Shown piece after piece: positions 50,717 to 64,000 of a stretch of DNA of 64,000 nucleotides. The stretch's first letter is position 1. Each line of letters starts with the position of its first letter. Origin of the DNA: Camelus dromedarius (lineage: Eukaryota); assembly GCF_036321535.1 (NCBI RefSeq), contig NC_087436.1:53012001-53076000 (forward strand), in the 5' to 3' direction. The notes under the pieces were generated by a model. It made no database searches. It was not told where the DNA came from and worked only from the letters and a program-made list of their open reading frames with translations. The position numbers were made by a program, and so were the translations under genes.

Positions 50717-51629
50717 TCCCGCATCTAACATTGTACCTGGCAAATAGTAGATTATACATTTAAAAAAATGTATTTGTCTTTATGCAGATAACCGTTTATA
50801 TGTTATTTCAAAGGAAAGCTGTTGATAGAGAAATCCATTTCTCCATTCTTGTTTGTGATGATGAGGCTGATATCTTCCCAAATGTAGCCAAAACCTGACA
50901 ATGATCCAGCTCTAATTAATAAAGCCATATTTTAGAAGAAATTTTGTACCTCTAAGACATAGTCATGTGTGCTGGCTTTCATATGCTGTGAGTTTAAATG
51001 GAAAATTATAGGTGCTGTAAATTGTACATTTTATTGAATGAGGCCTTACTTAACATGTTAAGACAAGGCATGGTCAAATTCTAAAATAATAAGCCCTTTT
51101 CAGGTGTCACGAATATATGTGACTGAGCAGGCACCCCTGAGAAAACTTCATGGTCGTGGAGATAAGCATACAAGGCAGAGATTGATTTGATTCTTTTTGA
51201 TTCTTGCTCTTCTTGATGAAATTGAGAGAGAGAGAGACCTGAGAAAGTCCTTAACATGCTCTAGCCACCCTTTTTATAACTGTAGCTCTCAGGGTTGCAA
51301 GGGCCTTTATTTTATTGTGCCACTCCCTTCCGGCCTGCAGGGTTGCGAGGATCCTGACATCTACGCTACCCTCAATAATTTTTATTAATCCCAAGGACAA
51401 TGGCTCTGATAAGCATCATATTACAGATCTGAGACTGTTACTGCAACTTTATAGAAAATCATCCCAAAGATGGAATAACATGTATAAACATTGTCTCGAG
51501 ATGGTCTTAAATTTTTAGCACCTTGATCATGGAAGAGTTTTTATAAAATCCAATGGTGTCTTTGGCTTCGGGTAGAGCCTTGAAAATTAATTTCAATAAG
51601 GATTAACATCACCTGGATTCCAGGGACTG

Positions 51630-51870
51630 TGCTGAGCCCCGAGAATGCAGAGAAGAACCATGTACTATTTCTCTCCTCAAGGAGTTTATAATCGAGTGTC
51701 GAGAGACATTTCTGCTGTGTTGAGTGCTGTTATAGATTGACAAGCATGATGCTATAGGATACGTAGGAGGATGGGGTAGGTCCCCGTGGGGAAGATTCTT
51801 CAAGGCTGTTAAATGGCTCTGAGTTGGGCCGTGGTGTAGAGTAGGTCTTTATCAAGGCAAGGAGTGTGGT
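51630..51870 (-). mobile_element. L2 fragment
   Basis: 'cctcaaggagtttataatc...agtgctgttataga...gctctgagttgggcc...agagtaggt'. Confidence 0.5.
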
Positions 51871-53451
51871 TGAAAATTGTATCCTATTGCATTTGATTCA
51901 TATTAAAATAACTACGGTCCCACAAGGCAAGAAGGAAATTAAGCAAGCATGAAAGAAGTCAGCGTTGGGAAGAGTAGATGTTTGAATTTGAATTACAATC
52001 ACACCTTTGGAGAAGATTATTAAAACTGTTCATGTTACAGTCATCAGACACTTCACTGCAACAGTCGCTGGAAAAGGGGGAAATACTGGTAGGAATTTTG
52101 TATGCTGAGCTAACATTCCAAAGACTCAGGAGTTAAACCCTCTTTTCCCCTGACCTTCCTTTTCATTTGATTGGAAGTAAAGTTGGATGTTCAGACTCAC
52201 AGGCAACTTTCCCATAAATTTGTGATGTGGGTTGGGAACTGTCATTTGGCTCCTTGGAGAAAAAAACAACCCCCAGACTAGAATTCTCAGATGACAGCAC
52301 TAAATGATTTCAGATGATTTGAAAGGCTATTTAAAAAGTAAATCAATGTAGCTATGTTCTCTAGTAATGAAAAATACCCAAACGTTTATAGAATCCAAAT
52401 TTGGAAAGCTGGAAAAGAGGTAGAGCATCGTGACAAAAATTTTCAGATTGAAATCCAATGCCAGCTAGGAGGAAACAGCTGTTTCTCTGACAGCCCGAGA
52501 AGCAATTCATGCCCCCTCCAACCTCAGCTCTCATCCCTTTTCCCCAGCTAATATGAGGGGAGTAGAAGAGAACCAAGCCCAGAAGTCACAGGGAGGTTGA
52601 TGTTACAGGAGACCCAGATATCCCAACCTTCAGTCAGTCAAAGCATGTGGCATAGTGGAGCTGACAGGCTAAACCGGGGCTTAAAGTAATGACACTGATG
52701 AGGTGCTTTGGCACTCAGCATTTACTGGTTTGATATTTTCTTCCTTCCTGTATATGCCGTGTTGCTGGGTTTTTTCAAACTTCCATTAGCTTAGATGTCT
52801 CAAGCTTTTTTTGTTTTTCAAATCTCTGGTGTGTGTCCCAAATGAGAGACATCAGAAATTACCATGTCTTTTTCTTGAGAGAGGATGCTTACTGCGTTTT
52901 ACAGCATATTTGCTCTGGTGTCACTGTTTTAGTTGTGATTGCCACTTAGCATGGCAAGATTGCCTATGTTATTTTATCTTATTTTTTTACTTAATTTAAT
53001 TTAATTTTCTTGCACTTCTCCTGTCTTTTTGGAGGAAACTGACGCCTGAGCCAGGCTGATAGTTGGTTCTTCAATGAGAGTCACTGACAGGCTCCTCTGG
53101 AAATGTAGGAGGTGGAGCTACCCTAGTCTCTCTGAAAACCAGTTAGGCATTTGCAGATAACTTGTGTCTGTCATCAGACAGTTGAGGGGAAAGGACCTCT
53201 TAGTCTAATGGACTGAAGTTGAAGCCTTGAGCTTTTGACTGGAGTCACTGAAATACTCCGCCCTCCCTTAACTGGGTGCTTTATCAAAAGCTAATCTATC
53301 ACAGGGGTGACAGATTCAGGACAAGGGCAGCAGTTCCCTGGATGCAGAGCCCCACTGGGTGGTCATTCATGCACTAGAGCTCTTTAGCACCTGAACCCAG
53401 AGGCCAGGGCGTAGTCCCAGCAACTGAGGGTGACAGGGAAGAAGGAATCCG

Positions 53452-53581
53452 ATTTTTTTTTTTTAATTTTTGGAGAGGAGGTTATTAGGGTTTTTTTTTT
53501 TTTTTAACAGAGGTACTGGGGATTGAACCCAGGGCCTTGTGCATGCTAAGCATGCACTCAACTGCTGAGTTACCCCCTCCC
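53452..53581 (-). mobile_element. vic-1-like tRNA-Ala SINE
   Basis: 'gaggtactggggattgaacccagggccttgtgcatgctaagcatgcactc...tgagttaccccctccc'. Confidence 0.92.
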
Positions 53582-54029
53582 TGCTGAGGAAATCCTTCTT
53601 GACAAAAGCCATTTCTTCTAAGAGGCACCTTCCTGCCTGTCTGGCTACAAGAAATTCTATTTTGTCATAGAGTGTATAAACAGCTCTCTGAAGCGCAGAA
53701 TTTTTTTTAACTTGTTGAGATGAGGAATCAGGTGTTAATGAAAAAATTGAAATCTACTTCCCCCTAGGTGAGTTTAAGATTGCATAGCTCAAAAATAATG
53801 TAATTTTGGTCAACATAATTAGAAACCCACTAATTCTGAGACATTGCTTGCTACAGAGATCTCTTGAATAGAAACATTTTCCATGATATTTTCTTGTTTA
53901 TGTGTGAGAATTATGCATGAGAATCAGGTATAGATCAAACTAAATAATTAACCAAACAACAGGTTATAGTACGTTGCTACTCTGTCTCAAGTTGTTTATT
54001 TAAATTAGGATGTTATCATCTTTAGGAGG

Positions 54030-54421
54030 TGTTTTAGATTGCTAGAATTGCCATAACAAAGTACCACGGACTAGGCGGCTTAAACAATGAATTTTCCTAT
54101 GATTCTGGAGGTTAGAAGTGTGAGATCAGAGTGTCAGCAGAGTTGGTTTCTTCTGAAGCCTCTCTCCTTGGCTGGTAGACAGCCGTCTGCTCCCTATGTC
54201 TTCAGATCAGCTTCCCTCTGTTCTTGTGTGTGTCCTAATCTTCTCTTCCTATAAGAACACCACTCATATTGAGCTAGGCTTCACTCTTACGACTTCATTT
54301 TAATTTAATCACCCCTTTAAAGGCCCTCTCTCAAAATAGTCCTATTTTGAGGTACTGGGGGTTAGGACTTCAACATGTGAATTTTGGGGGAGTAAAGGGG
54401 AGCACAACTCAGTCTATAACA
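54030..54421 (-). mobile_element. complete MaLR solo LTR (MLT1A-like)
   Basis: TG...CA termini and 5-bp TSD ggagg at 54025-54029 and 54422-54426; 'ataacaaagtaccac...ggcttaaacaa...gaggtactgggggttaggacttcaacatgtgaattttgggg'. Confidence 0.93.
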
Positions 54422-54454
54422 GGAGGTATTAGCAAGAAAAGATATCTGCAATGT

Positions 54455-54760
54455 GCATAAACATATTGAAGCATATTACATACCAGGCAATGCGATAACT
54501 GTTTTACATACATTATTATTTCATATACTTCTTATGATGACCTTAAAAGCTAGATTATTAGAATCTTTATTTTACAAATGAGAAAATTTGTGCTCAGACA
54601 TTAAATGACTCTTTCAGAGCTGTAGAATGAATTGTTGAAACCAAGTCTGTACACCATCTCCAGAACGTACACAGGTGACCATTATGCTCTTCTGCAATTT
54701 ACCAAGGTCACAGAGCTGGTCGGCAGCAAACGCAGACTCCTAATTCCCAGGGCAGCATTC
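54455..54760 (-). mobile_element. MIR fragments
   Basis: 'attttacaaatgagaaaat...gctcaga' and 'ccaaggtcacagagctggt'. Confidence 0.6.
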
Positions 54761-54966
54761 TGTTGCTTTCATATGCAAATGATATTAGACAAATGTCCTT
54801 TTCACTACTCTGATTATTCAAAATGAGGATCTCATTTTGCCTTGCGTTATCTAGGCTGTTCCATTTTTCAAGGGATAGAGAATATTGAACATGAGGAGAT
54901 CTTCAAACCCGTCAGTACTTTTCTTATTGACTTAATTAATTAGGGCTATTGGAAGGATATATACAG

Positions 54967-55040
54967 GGAGGGTGACAGACTACCCTGGTTTGCCTGGAAC
55001 TGAGGGCTTTCCCAGGATATGAGAGATTTTGTGTTGTGAC
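54967..55040. mobile_element. hAT-Blackjack MITE fragment (MER94-like)
   Basis: 'agggtgac...cctggtttgcctggaactgagggctttcccaggat'. Confidence 0.55.
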
Positions 55041-55165
55041 AGTTCCAGTTTTGGAAACAGAAACCATTTTAGAAGCAGGAAATATAGGCAACTGTCTCAA
55101 CGACCACAGAGTCAGGTCCTATGGAGAACTGGGTTACCAGTTCAGACACAACTGCTAAAGACTCC

Positions 55166-55715
55166 TGAGAGACTGAATATACAGATGGACAATGGTCAGA
55201 CCATATATAAAAATAGACCTTTGGCCCACAACCTACAGCAACTTGCCCAGGAAACCAACCTGTTGTCTGCAATAAACAACCCAGGAAGCCCACCTGCTGT
55301 AAGGGAAGCCTGACTACTGTCTCTAGTGACAGTCTAGGAAGCCAAACAGTAACTTCTGTGACAATCAGCCCAGCATGGCCAGGACTTCATTAATAACTGG
55401 CAGCTTCCCTAATTTTTGTCCCTGTTTCCTTGGAGCTAATTAGAAAAAGCCAAATAGGCGTCCCTAATCACACAGGATGTCCCACTTCTAGTCAGCCTGC
55501 CTACAGCCTGCCTTCAGCTTCCCCACGCCAACAGCCTCCGATCGGGGCACACCTGAAGCCTTCCCTCTTTTCCGCTACAACGCTTTCCCACTCCTCTGCC
55601 TGCCATTGAGTCTCTGTTAAAATGCAGGTGACAGTGGCAGACCCCCTTGCAAAGCAAGCTCGGAATAAATCGCCTTTGCTTGTTCTCATTTGGTTGGCCC
55701 TTGTTTACGTCCACA
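55166..55715 (+). mobile_element. ERV1 solo LTR (MER110-like)
   Basis: TG...CA ends; 'cccacaacctacagcaacttgcccaggaaaccaacc...gcagcttccctaatttttg', AATAAA near the 3' end. Confidence 0.75.
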
Positions 55716-58700
55716 CTCTATCAACCGGACACATCTTTGGCTGTGTCCAGGCTCCACCATCTGGTTACTCTGCCTCTGCTGCTCTTACCTCCACGCTGCC
55801 CCTGAAAACGGCCTCTATCACCTTGCAGTCTCAGGTTTCTGTTTCCTGCCTTATTTTTGCATCTTTCAGTTTCCCTTCTTTTCCATCTCTCTTTGAGATA
55901 AACTCCCTGAGTGAGAGAGCATCTGACTGCCATGTGCACTAAGTGCCCAGGGAGCATCTTTATTATGCAGCGTTATGGCTCCAGCCAACTCATAAACTGC
56001 TGGCCAGACTATAGGAGACAGCCTTTGGCTCAAAGGCCTGCCCTTGGACAATTAGCTGTACTCACAGTAACATCATCACATGATACAACTTGTGTATAAA
56101 GGATTGTTTCATTCCAAAGGGTCTGTGGTTATGGCTTCACTTAAAGTGTACCATAAAGCTGGCCAATAGCAATAATATTAATAAGAGTCATGTCTGAAAG
56201 TGATACTTGATCCTTACTGAAAAGATACAGGATTTATATTTGAACATGTGAAGCACGCCTAGCAGGGCACCCTATGTCATCTCCTGCTTTTCTTGTTCCC
56301 AAGAGCTCTTTTTCCCTTTATAACTGAAAGAAAGAGAAGCTTTGATTTGGTGGATTTTTATTTCTGCCATGTTACTACTTGGCTTTCCTGAACAGAAAGT
56401 CTTGCAAATTAGATTCTAAGGGAACAGCGTGGTATTCTCCCCTCGTACTGAATGGTCCCTTGCATATGAAGCATTTCCATAAATGATTTATAAATTACTA
56501 TTCATGTATGGTTCTGTACACTGTTTTCTTCTCAAAAGAATTTGAAACAAAGAATGGCTACTCTTGAATTCATTTTTTATGAAGTTCTTCAAAAATGTTT
56601 GGTTAATTTTGAATTGCTTGTATTCATCCTTTCATCATTTATTTCTCATATTTACCAAACACCTTGTATCTTTCAGATACTGTAGGATTTTTTTATCTTG
56701 TATAGATACCTTGATTTTCAAAGCACAATTGTTATGTCTAAATCCCCCAAATTACTTTACTAAAGATTCATCAGTAGATGAATGCTCAGGGAAACATAAT
56801 TTCAATATTAAAAGATTACTAGGCTCAAAAGCAGCAGTTTCAGGATCTAATCTTCATTGTCCGTGGGGACAAGAAGAACTAGTCCAGCACCTGACTAGTC
56901 CAGATTACCAGAGCGATGGGTTCTAGAGGCAAAGGAGATTCACTGGGTTCTGTCTGAATCTCAGAGTAGCCCTTAAAAGCCATCCGGTTCTCTTAATTTT
57001 GGGGTCTATATATTGAACAAAGGACTGCTCATTTTTCCAGGTGGGTGTTTTTTTATTATAGGAGATACAACTTGCAAGTCAACTGGTTTCATCTTCTTAC
57101 CAGTCGTATTTCTCACAATGAGATGGTAACTAGCAATCTGGTATACAAATTCCTATTTCTTGGATGTGATTCACTTGTCCCCAGATCTACTCAAACCTGA
57201 AGGAAAGTAACTTAAGCAGCCTAGAGGTCCTCTGTGACCAGAGATAAGGTCATCCAGTGTGGGGTGCTCATCCCCTCCGCGACTGTCGCGGTGCCGTAAG
57301 TGTGGAGAACAGTCATCAGCCACTCATTTCTGAAAGCGATTGGTGGTGTGAGTTTACTCAAGACAGACCCAGACCAAGCACGTGGAGGAACAAAGGCCAG
57401 GCTGAGGCCCTGAGCGGTGAGAACCGAGGCCGCTCCCGCACTCAGGAGCACAGGGCAGTTAAGGAGCATGTGCCTGGGGGAACTGTGGCGAGGCGAACGG
57501 GCTCAGGAAGTGACAAAGGGGGAGGGAATGACTGGGAGTTGGGGGCAGAGGATTTCATTTTGAAAAGTCAAAATCCAGAGATTGGGTTTAGAAAACTGCC
57601 CCAGGAAAGAGGCCCTCGGAGGCCTGGGGCAGTAAAAAGGGCCTTGCCTTTCCTGTTAAGCACCCTTCACCTTTCTGGGTGAGACATTGTTCTGTTCAAC
57701 ATTTCTGTCATACATGAAACCCACACATCTTTTCTGAGTCTTGCTGTGGGGTTAAGCAGAGTATTATTGTGGGCCTCTGCTGTGTTCACAAAGCTGTTGC
57801 TTAAATTCCCTTTTCATCGTTGGTGAGTGATGGTCAAAGGAACCTCTGATAACCTCTGAGAGCTTTAAACTTCCCACCAGCTGTTGAATGACCAGATCAA
57901 ATACATCAACATATCGAAGGGAAAATTTCAGATTGGACGAGGGTACACATCCTCGAGCTGTCCTGATTCTTTCCCTCCTGTATGCCACCTTTCCCGTTGC
58001 TACGACACCCCCTCTCTCCAGTCTCCTAGCTAGGACGGCCACTGTCCTATGCACATGGCATCCTCAGCACGTGTCACTCCCTCACCCCACCCTCACCGTC
58101 ACCCAGTCAGGGAAATCACTTCTTTTAGTTCATCTGAGGCAAGGTTCGTCTTTGACTCTAGCATAGAATTGGCAGACACAGAAAGCAGAGATTTCTTCCC
58201 TTAATCTGACTAACCCTACTCACATGTGTCTTCACTAAATACTCCACTCTGGCTTTCTGTCATTGCTCCCATTCTGTCTGTTTACCACAGGAAATTAAGT
58301 AAATTTGGATGAGCACCATTAAAAATACAGTGACAGTCTCACCCAAAGGTGATTCCAAATAGCACCTCCAGGTCTGGGTCCCAGGTCGCTCAATCACTAC
58401 GTCCTCAGGTCTGCCCTTCACTGGCTTTTGGGGCGGAAGATGTTGCTCAGTGTGTCTGTGTGTCTTCAGGCTTTCTGTCCTGAGCCATCTCCACTTCATT
58501 AACTTTGTTTGTGGAGGGCTCTGTGACATTGGGACCCTAGTTCCGCCTTAAGCCCTCATCCACTGCTTTCCAACCTGTATGATTTACTTGACACGTATTC
58601 ACTAGATATTGAGATGCTAAGGTTCATTTCAACCTCAAAATAAGCTCATTTTCCTTATCTACTACTCCCAGTTTGCATCAGGGTCTGATACTATTATCTA

Positions 58701-59639
58701 TCTGCCTTTAATGACTGATCCCATCTCTCTCCATTTCACATCTTTACTAGTTACTTCTAGCTATGACAAGCAGTATCTCTGTCTTTTCTTTTGAAAGAAT
58801 CCATTCTTATCTGGGTCTCCCACTAACGTCCCTATTTCCTCTCTGAAAAAGGCCTTTAAATTTTAGCTCATCTGCAGAAGAGAGGCACTTAATGAGGACC
58901 AGACTCATGTAAACAGCTCCACTCACTGCCCCAGGTCCTGCCGGGTAACTCACCCCTGAGGAAACTGACTCATCATTTTCTAGAATCCTGTACCACCCCC
59001 ACTACTGTTTTACAACAGCAAAAGGAATGACTCAGGGAAAGAAATACATCATTTTAGAATAGATTGGCTCTGCGGCACAGTGTTGGCGTCACTTAGACAT
59101 TGTACCTCATCAAGTATGCAAGGCTTTCATTCACCCATACTCTATACGTCTCAGACTTATTTTCTATTAGAAAATCTATTTCTATGGCTGCTTACATTTT
59201 TGCAATTGTTCTACTCAAAGAATATTTTGTGCTGCTACATTGTCTTCTTAAGATGGATTAGAGGATCTGTGTTCTGCTGAGTCAACAGAGCCAGCTGGCC
59301 AGTCACAATGGCTCTATGTCTTTCACTGTTGCTGTGATGAGTATTCATGTCAAAGGGCCACCCTGAGCTTGTGTGCAGCCCTGTAATAATCGAAGGAAAT
59401 GTGCAGCATGCAATTGGTTAAGGGATGCCTTCTAGTGGTAAATTACACAAGCAGCCCTCTTATTTCTGCTTCAACAGATAATAGCTTCTTGGCAATACAA
59501 TCAGAATAATCCTTTGTTCTACCAGAAATATGACCTACCTTGGTTTAGCATTTGGATTTTCTTCTCAGGGAACATTACGGTATGAACCAAACTGATTGCA
59601 GCTGAAGACAAAGGCGTGCGATCTGCTGAAGATCAGACA

Positions 59640-59770
59640 GGACCTGCGGCTTATTTTCTCCTTTGTAACATGGAGATAATAAAACCTTCCAGAGAGGTTG
59701 CAATGATTAGAAATAAAGTACTAGGCATAGTGCCTGGGGTGTAGGTGTTCAAATCAATGTAATTGCAAAG
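59640..59770 (+). mobile_element. MIR fragment
   Basis: 'tttctcctttgtaacatggagataataaaacct...gcatagtgcctgg'. Confidence 0.55.
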
Positions 59771-62269
59771 TTAATGATCGTGACAATGATAATGGAAACA
59801 GAGGGTGTCCACACGCACCAAGTTCCAAATTCCCAAACTCATGATGAGATCTGTATCTGCCATTGGATTCTTGGCTGACTCCAATCCCAGGTTCGGAAGA
59901 CTATAGGCTAACAGTCGACAGCCACTATGAGGAGCCACCACCAGTGCATCCCTGGCTGGTCCTGGGTACCCAAGGATGCTGTTCTGCCTGAAGCTTTCCT
60001 GAGTCGTGAGTGAAGCCAAGCTGGAGGCTCTCCATGGGTCCCCTGGTGTGCCTCCACTCAGAAGTGCCGCTCTGGCCTGAACCTGGAACTCCCAAGGATG
60101 AAGCAAGGAACTCCCTGCCCCCCACACTCAGCATGGCACATCTCTGAGTATTTTCTACTCCAGATGGATCCCTGCAGCCAGATAACTCTGCTCCAACTCT
60201 GGGGCTCTGGGAAAAGGAGCTGGTTATGCTCTTCTCCCTAAGACTCCCTATGTGTCGTTTTATGGATAAAATGCATTCGAATGGTGTCACAGCTATGTGT
60301 ATAACATCTGTGGATATTCATCTTTTATGAAAAGGTGAATTCATTTACCATTCACTTTATCTATCATCGATACAACAAAGAGATACTGAGTGTCCTGTAC
60401 GAGCGAAGCAACGGGCTAGGTAGGCACTGAAAATACACTGACAGACCAGCCTGTCAAGTAAGCATCACATAAATGCTAGTGATATGTGCATATAGTGTCA
60501 TATATATCACACTCAAAAGATATATGTATATGAACTCAAAAATACATTTTTTAAAATGTATGTGTAAAGTCAAAGGATAATTAATGCAGAAGGTAAAAGC
60601 CAACTATCAGATGTGTTTGTCTTTCCAGAGTGACCCACGTGGCACTGCCAAAGCCACCTGCTCAAGAGCAGAAAGACTACTTAACAGGCAAAAGCAGCTG
60701 CAAGCTTAGGCTCCGATGTGCTCCTTTAGTTCCTCCAGGATGACCTGGCGTGACCACCCTTTCTAGGTAAAGAGGATTCTGTCTCCATTTGACAATAAAT
60801 CCTCAACCTGAGGAAAGGGCGCTCTTGACAGCCTGGCCTCCTTTAAGTTGCAGGAGGGTGGATTTTACAGGTAGTCCGGCCTCACAAAGGCCAGTGTGTT
60901 GATCGCTTGGACAGGAAATCCAGGTTGGTCTGGTTTCAGATCAGATTGTTTGTTTCAGTGTTTCAGCACCACTGATGCTAGGAAGGATAATATTTCCGAA
61001 ATACTAACATGTGTTACTCTTCCCTGATATTTGAGAGGCACTAAAACACGGTGGTTAATCCCCAGGATGGGGGTGCAGACCGGAGCAAAGGTAGAGGTGG
61101 GCTGGGGTGGAGAGGAGAGTGAAATGTGTTAACATCGAGATTTTCTACTGTTGGAAAAATGAAGATTTGAAATCAAAATTAATCTTATTATCAGAAAACA
61201 TTTTAAATCTCTTTCCTGCACACCTGAAATTGCGGGAAGAGAGCTGAAATTGCTTCAGATACTTTTGGGGGATTTAGTCTGAAATTAAAGTATCCCCTTG
61301 CTGACTGCTCTCCTGTAGGAACCTTTGGCAAATTGCTTAATAATAAAGGCAAATATAAGGTCATTGTAAGAAATCTGGGAAATGAAAGTGCCTAAATAAA
61401 GAGAAAAAAGACTCATTTATAACATTTGTACCCATTTCCTTCCAGTATGTTCTCTCAGCCTTTTGGAAAACATAATTGAAAGTATACTCTTTATATAAAA
61501 TTCATCTTACTGTCTTATCTGACAATTAACACTGCATGAAGAATATTTTTGTCATTAAAAACATTTACATGTATTTTAACTTAAGTGTGTGTTACTGCAA
61601 AATTTAATTCACCCATGTTTATAGCTGAAAATTTAGCAGCTAGAGAAAGTCAACAGTCCTAACTAACCAGAGAAGATCACTATTTATATAGTTATCCCTG
61701 AGCCACAGACAAGTATTCTGCCTCTAAAAGCCTTATTTTTCTTATCTTTAAAATCTCCACTAATAATAGTATCTTTTAGGGCTGTTATGAGATACTTCAT
61801 ATAAAGGTGAAATGTTTCTCCCCGTTTCTGGCAGATCATAAGCACATATTTATAATTTTATACTGATTTTAAGCAAAGAAATATCAACCTCTACAAATCA
61901 TTCTAAAACCTGCTTCTTTTCAGCTGAATAATATATCAGGATCATTTTCACATGTTAACAGACATAAATCTGCAATACAATTTGAATAACTATAGCATGT
62001 TCCTTTTTATGACTATGCCACAGGAATGAGACATTTAGATGGCAAGGATGACTTCTAACGGCTGTGTAATATTCCATCAGGTGTACATTCTACAGTTTAT
62101 TCAATGCTTTATGTTGTCAACTTTATGTTGTCTGTTATGATCCAGCTGCCTGGGGAAAATGAAGCCATGTTAACAGTAATACTTGTTTCTCTAACTCTCT
62201 TGCAACTTTCCTTTGCTGGGCTTCAGGCTCTCTTCAAAGGCTCCTCCTGCCATTTCTAGGGGTCCCCCA

Positions 62270-62700
62270 GGGATTCATCCATTCATTTGACCCACAAGTA
62301 TGAACACATATCCTGTACCGGGCAAAGCACTGGGGATGCAATAGTGAGAAAAAAAATGGGCACAGCTGCTGCTCTGTTGGTGTTTCTAATCTTACGGAGG
62401 AAAGCAAACCCTAGTCAGATGATCACCCAGGGAGTCAAACACAAGCTATGTGAACAGAGCCCTAAAGAAAAGGTAGGAAAAAGCAGGGTGTGGTGAGAAC
62501 AATGGCCCCAGACTGGAGCTCAAGGACAGTCTCTGAGGAAGCTCCTGATTGAGATCTGGCCTGCAGAGAAGCTCACTGGGTCTGGGGAAGCAGTTCTGAA
62601 GAAAGAGGGTCACCTCTGGCAGAGGACTGACAAGGGCAAAAGCTCCACGGTCGGGGTGAGGGGGTGGGGAAAGGCCCTGGGGCTGTGAGTGCACACCACG
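62270..62700 (-). mobile_element. L2 3' region
   Basis: 'ttcatccattcatt...gcactggggatgcaatagtgag...tctctgaggaag...gagatctg'. Confidence 0.65.
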
Positions 62701-62749
62701 CAGTTTCGTTATTTTCCAGGTATGGAGGGGCCAACACGTCAGGAGACAA

Positions 62750-63161
62750 TCGCCATTAAAAAGATCATTTGTTATATTCACAGTTACCAAGAGGAAGGAT
62801 GAGGGTCAGAGGCTGAGGGAGCGAGGGAGAAACGTGGGCAAGAGCCTTTGTCATGGTTTCTGTGGGAAGGAAGAGTACATGGCATAGAACTGGCCAGTTT
62901 GAATAGTTTCCGCAGGCCTTAGAGGAATAAAGGCTGTCGGTACTCATCTGGTACATGGTCCTGGGGTGTTTAGAGCAGGGAAATAGTGCCCCTGAGTGTG
63001 CAAGGAGGTGGTTAGTGATATGCATATGAAAGGTGTACTCACAGGCAGGCTTTTTGCTGTCTCTAGAATTTGCCTCGCCCTGGGACAGGAGTTCCTCCAG
63101 GGTGAGAGAGCCCCAAAATGCCAAAACATCCAAAGTACAGAATAAAAGACACGATTAATAG
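62750..63161 (-). mobile_element. ERVL LTR (MER74-like)
   Basis: 'tgcatatgaaagg...gctgtctctagaatttg...ccctggg...ctccagggt...ccccaaaatgccaaaacatc...tacagaataaaagacacgattaata'. Confidence 0.75.
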
Positions 63162-63170
63162 AGTAAGTTT

Positions 63171-63514
63171 GATTCCACAAGTAAGTGCTATCATATGATA
63201 TTTGTCTTTCTCTGTCTTTTGTGAAATCTTAAAAAAAAAAAAAAAGACAGTATTTACAAACCAGAAACAGACTCACAGACATAGAAAACAACCTTATGGT
63301 TACCAAAAGGGAAAGCAGCAGGGAGGGATAAATTAGGAGTCTGAGGTTAGCAAACTACTATCTACAAAATAGATAAATAAAAAGGTCCTACTGTATAGCA
63401 CAGGGGCCTGTAATAACCTACAATGAAAAAGAGTATATGTATGTAAGACTGTCACTACGCTGTGCACCAGAAACTAACACGGAATTGTAAATCAACTATA
63501 CTTCAATTAAAAAA
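63171..63514 (+). mobile_element. L1 3' end with 5' inversion (twin priming)
   Basis: 63171-63217 is antisense ORF2 end (reverse complement agacagagaaagacaaatatcatatgatagcacttacttgtggaatc); 63220-63514 is sense 3' UTR up to the A tail. Confidence 0.88.
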
Positions 63515-63814
63515 TGCAGTCTGTTTGAGGAATATCAAAGGGGCAGGGTGGCTACAGTAGCGTTAGCAAGAGGGAGCTATTGTGGGCAAGGATGAGAGAA
63601 TTCAGTGAAAGCAGATCTTTCCAGTTTTTGTCGTCCTTTTCTTCTTTGTTCACAAATATGCAGCTGGGCAGGAGGTGCAATCTGGGAGGCAGAAGCATCT
63701 GCACACAGAAGTGTCCCCACACAGGTCCTGAGAGCGGGCTAAGTCTGGATTCGGAGTCTCTTCCTTGGGGATAGATTTTTTTCTTAAGCTCTTTGTCAAA
63801 TAGACCTGAGTGGA

Positions 63815-64000
63815 GTGGTTCTCACCCGGGAGCAATTTTATTCCCCATGGGATATTTCGCATTGCCTACACATATTTTGAGTTCTCACACCTTGGCAGAG
63901 GGTGCTACTGGCATTTAGTGGGCAGAGGCCTGGGATGCTGTGAAACACACTAAAATGCATGGGACAGCCCCCACCCCCACCCCTAGTAAAGCATCATCTG
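63815..64000 (+). mobile_element. MER20 MITE (runs off the window end)
   Basis: 'agtggttctcacccgggagcaatttt...gtgctactggcatttagtgggcagaggcctgggatgctg...gggacagccccc'. Confidence 0.85.

Noticed and set aside
57764..58054. Protein-like minus-strand ORF (FSLRYVDVFDLVIQQLVG...)
   Set aside because: No family recognised, and no convincing splice sites, poly(A) or TSD; may be chance or an ancient LINE remnant
1..64000. ORF-track proteins as real genes
   Set aside because: All are short (153 aa or less), overlap in many frames, often lie in repeats, and show no recognisable domain or exon chain

Overview
Mammalian non-coding DNA (intergenic or deep intronic), most likely from a camelid. The taxon call rests on seven tRNA-Ala-derived vic-1-like SINEs and cetartiodactyl-type L1 3' UTRs. 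I find no supportable protein-coding exon, functional RNA gene or CRISPR array; the only ORF-track peptides I recognise are decayed L1 ORF2 C-termini. The window is dense in retro- and DNA-transposon relics: young 5'-truncated L1s with target-site duplications (TSDs), old L1M, L2, MIR, MaLR/ERV solo LTRs and hAT/Tc-mariner MITEs. The most notable structure is a full-length U6 snRNA/3'-L1 chimeric retrocopy (28453-28978, minus strand) nested in an ERV1 LTR inside an L2. Also present are a twin-primed 5'-inverted L1, a possible orphan retrocopy or 3' transduction, a head-to-head SINE pair, and several candidate regulatory elements (CTCF motif, Ets/IRF, GATA/E-box with G4, a CpG-rich ISRE patch, AP-1/ARE clusters). 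I see no convincing evidence of a wholly new biological system. Repeat subfamily names are from recalled consensus sequences, not a database search, and boundaries of old repeats are approximate.
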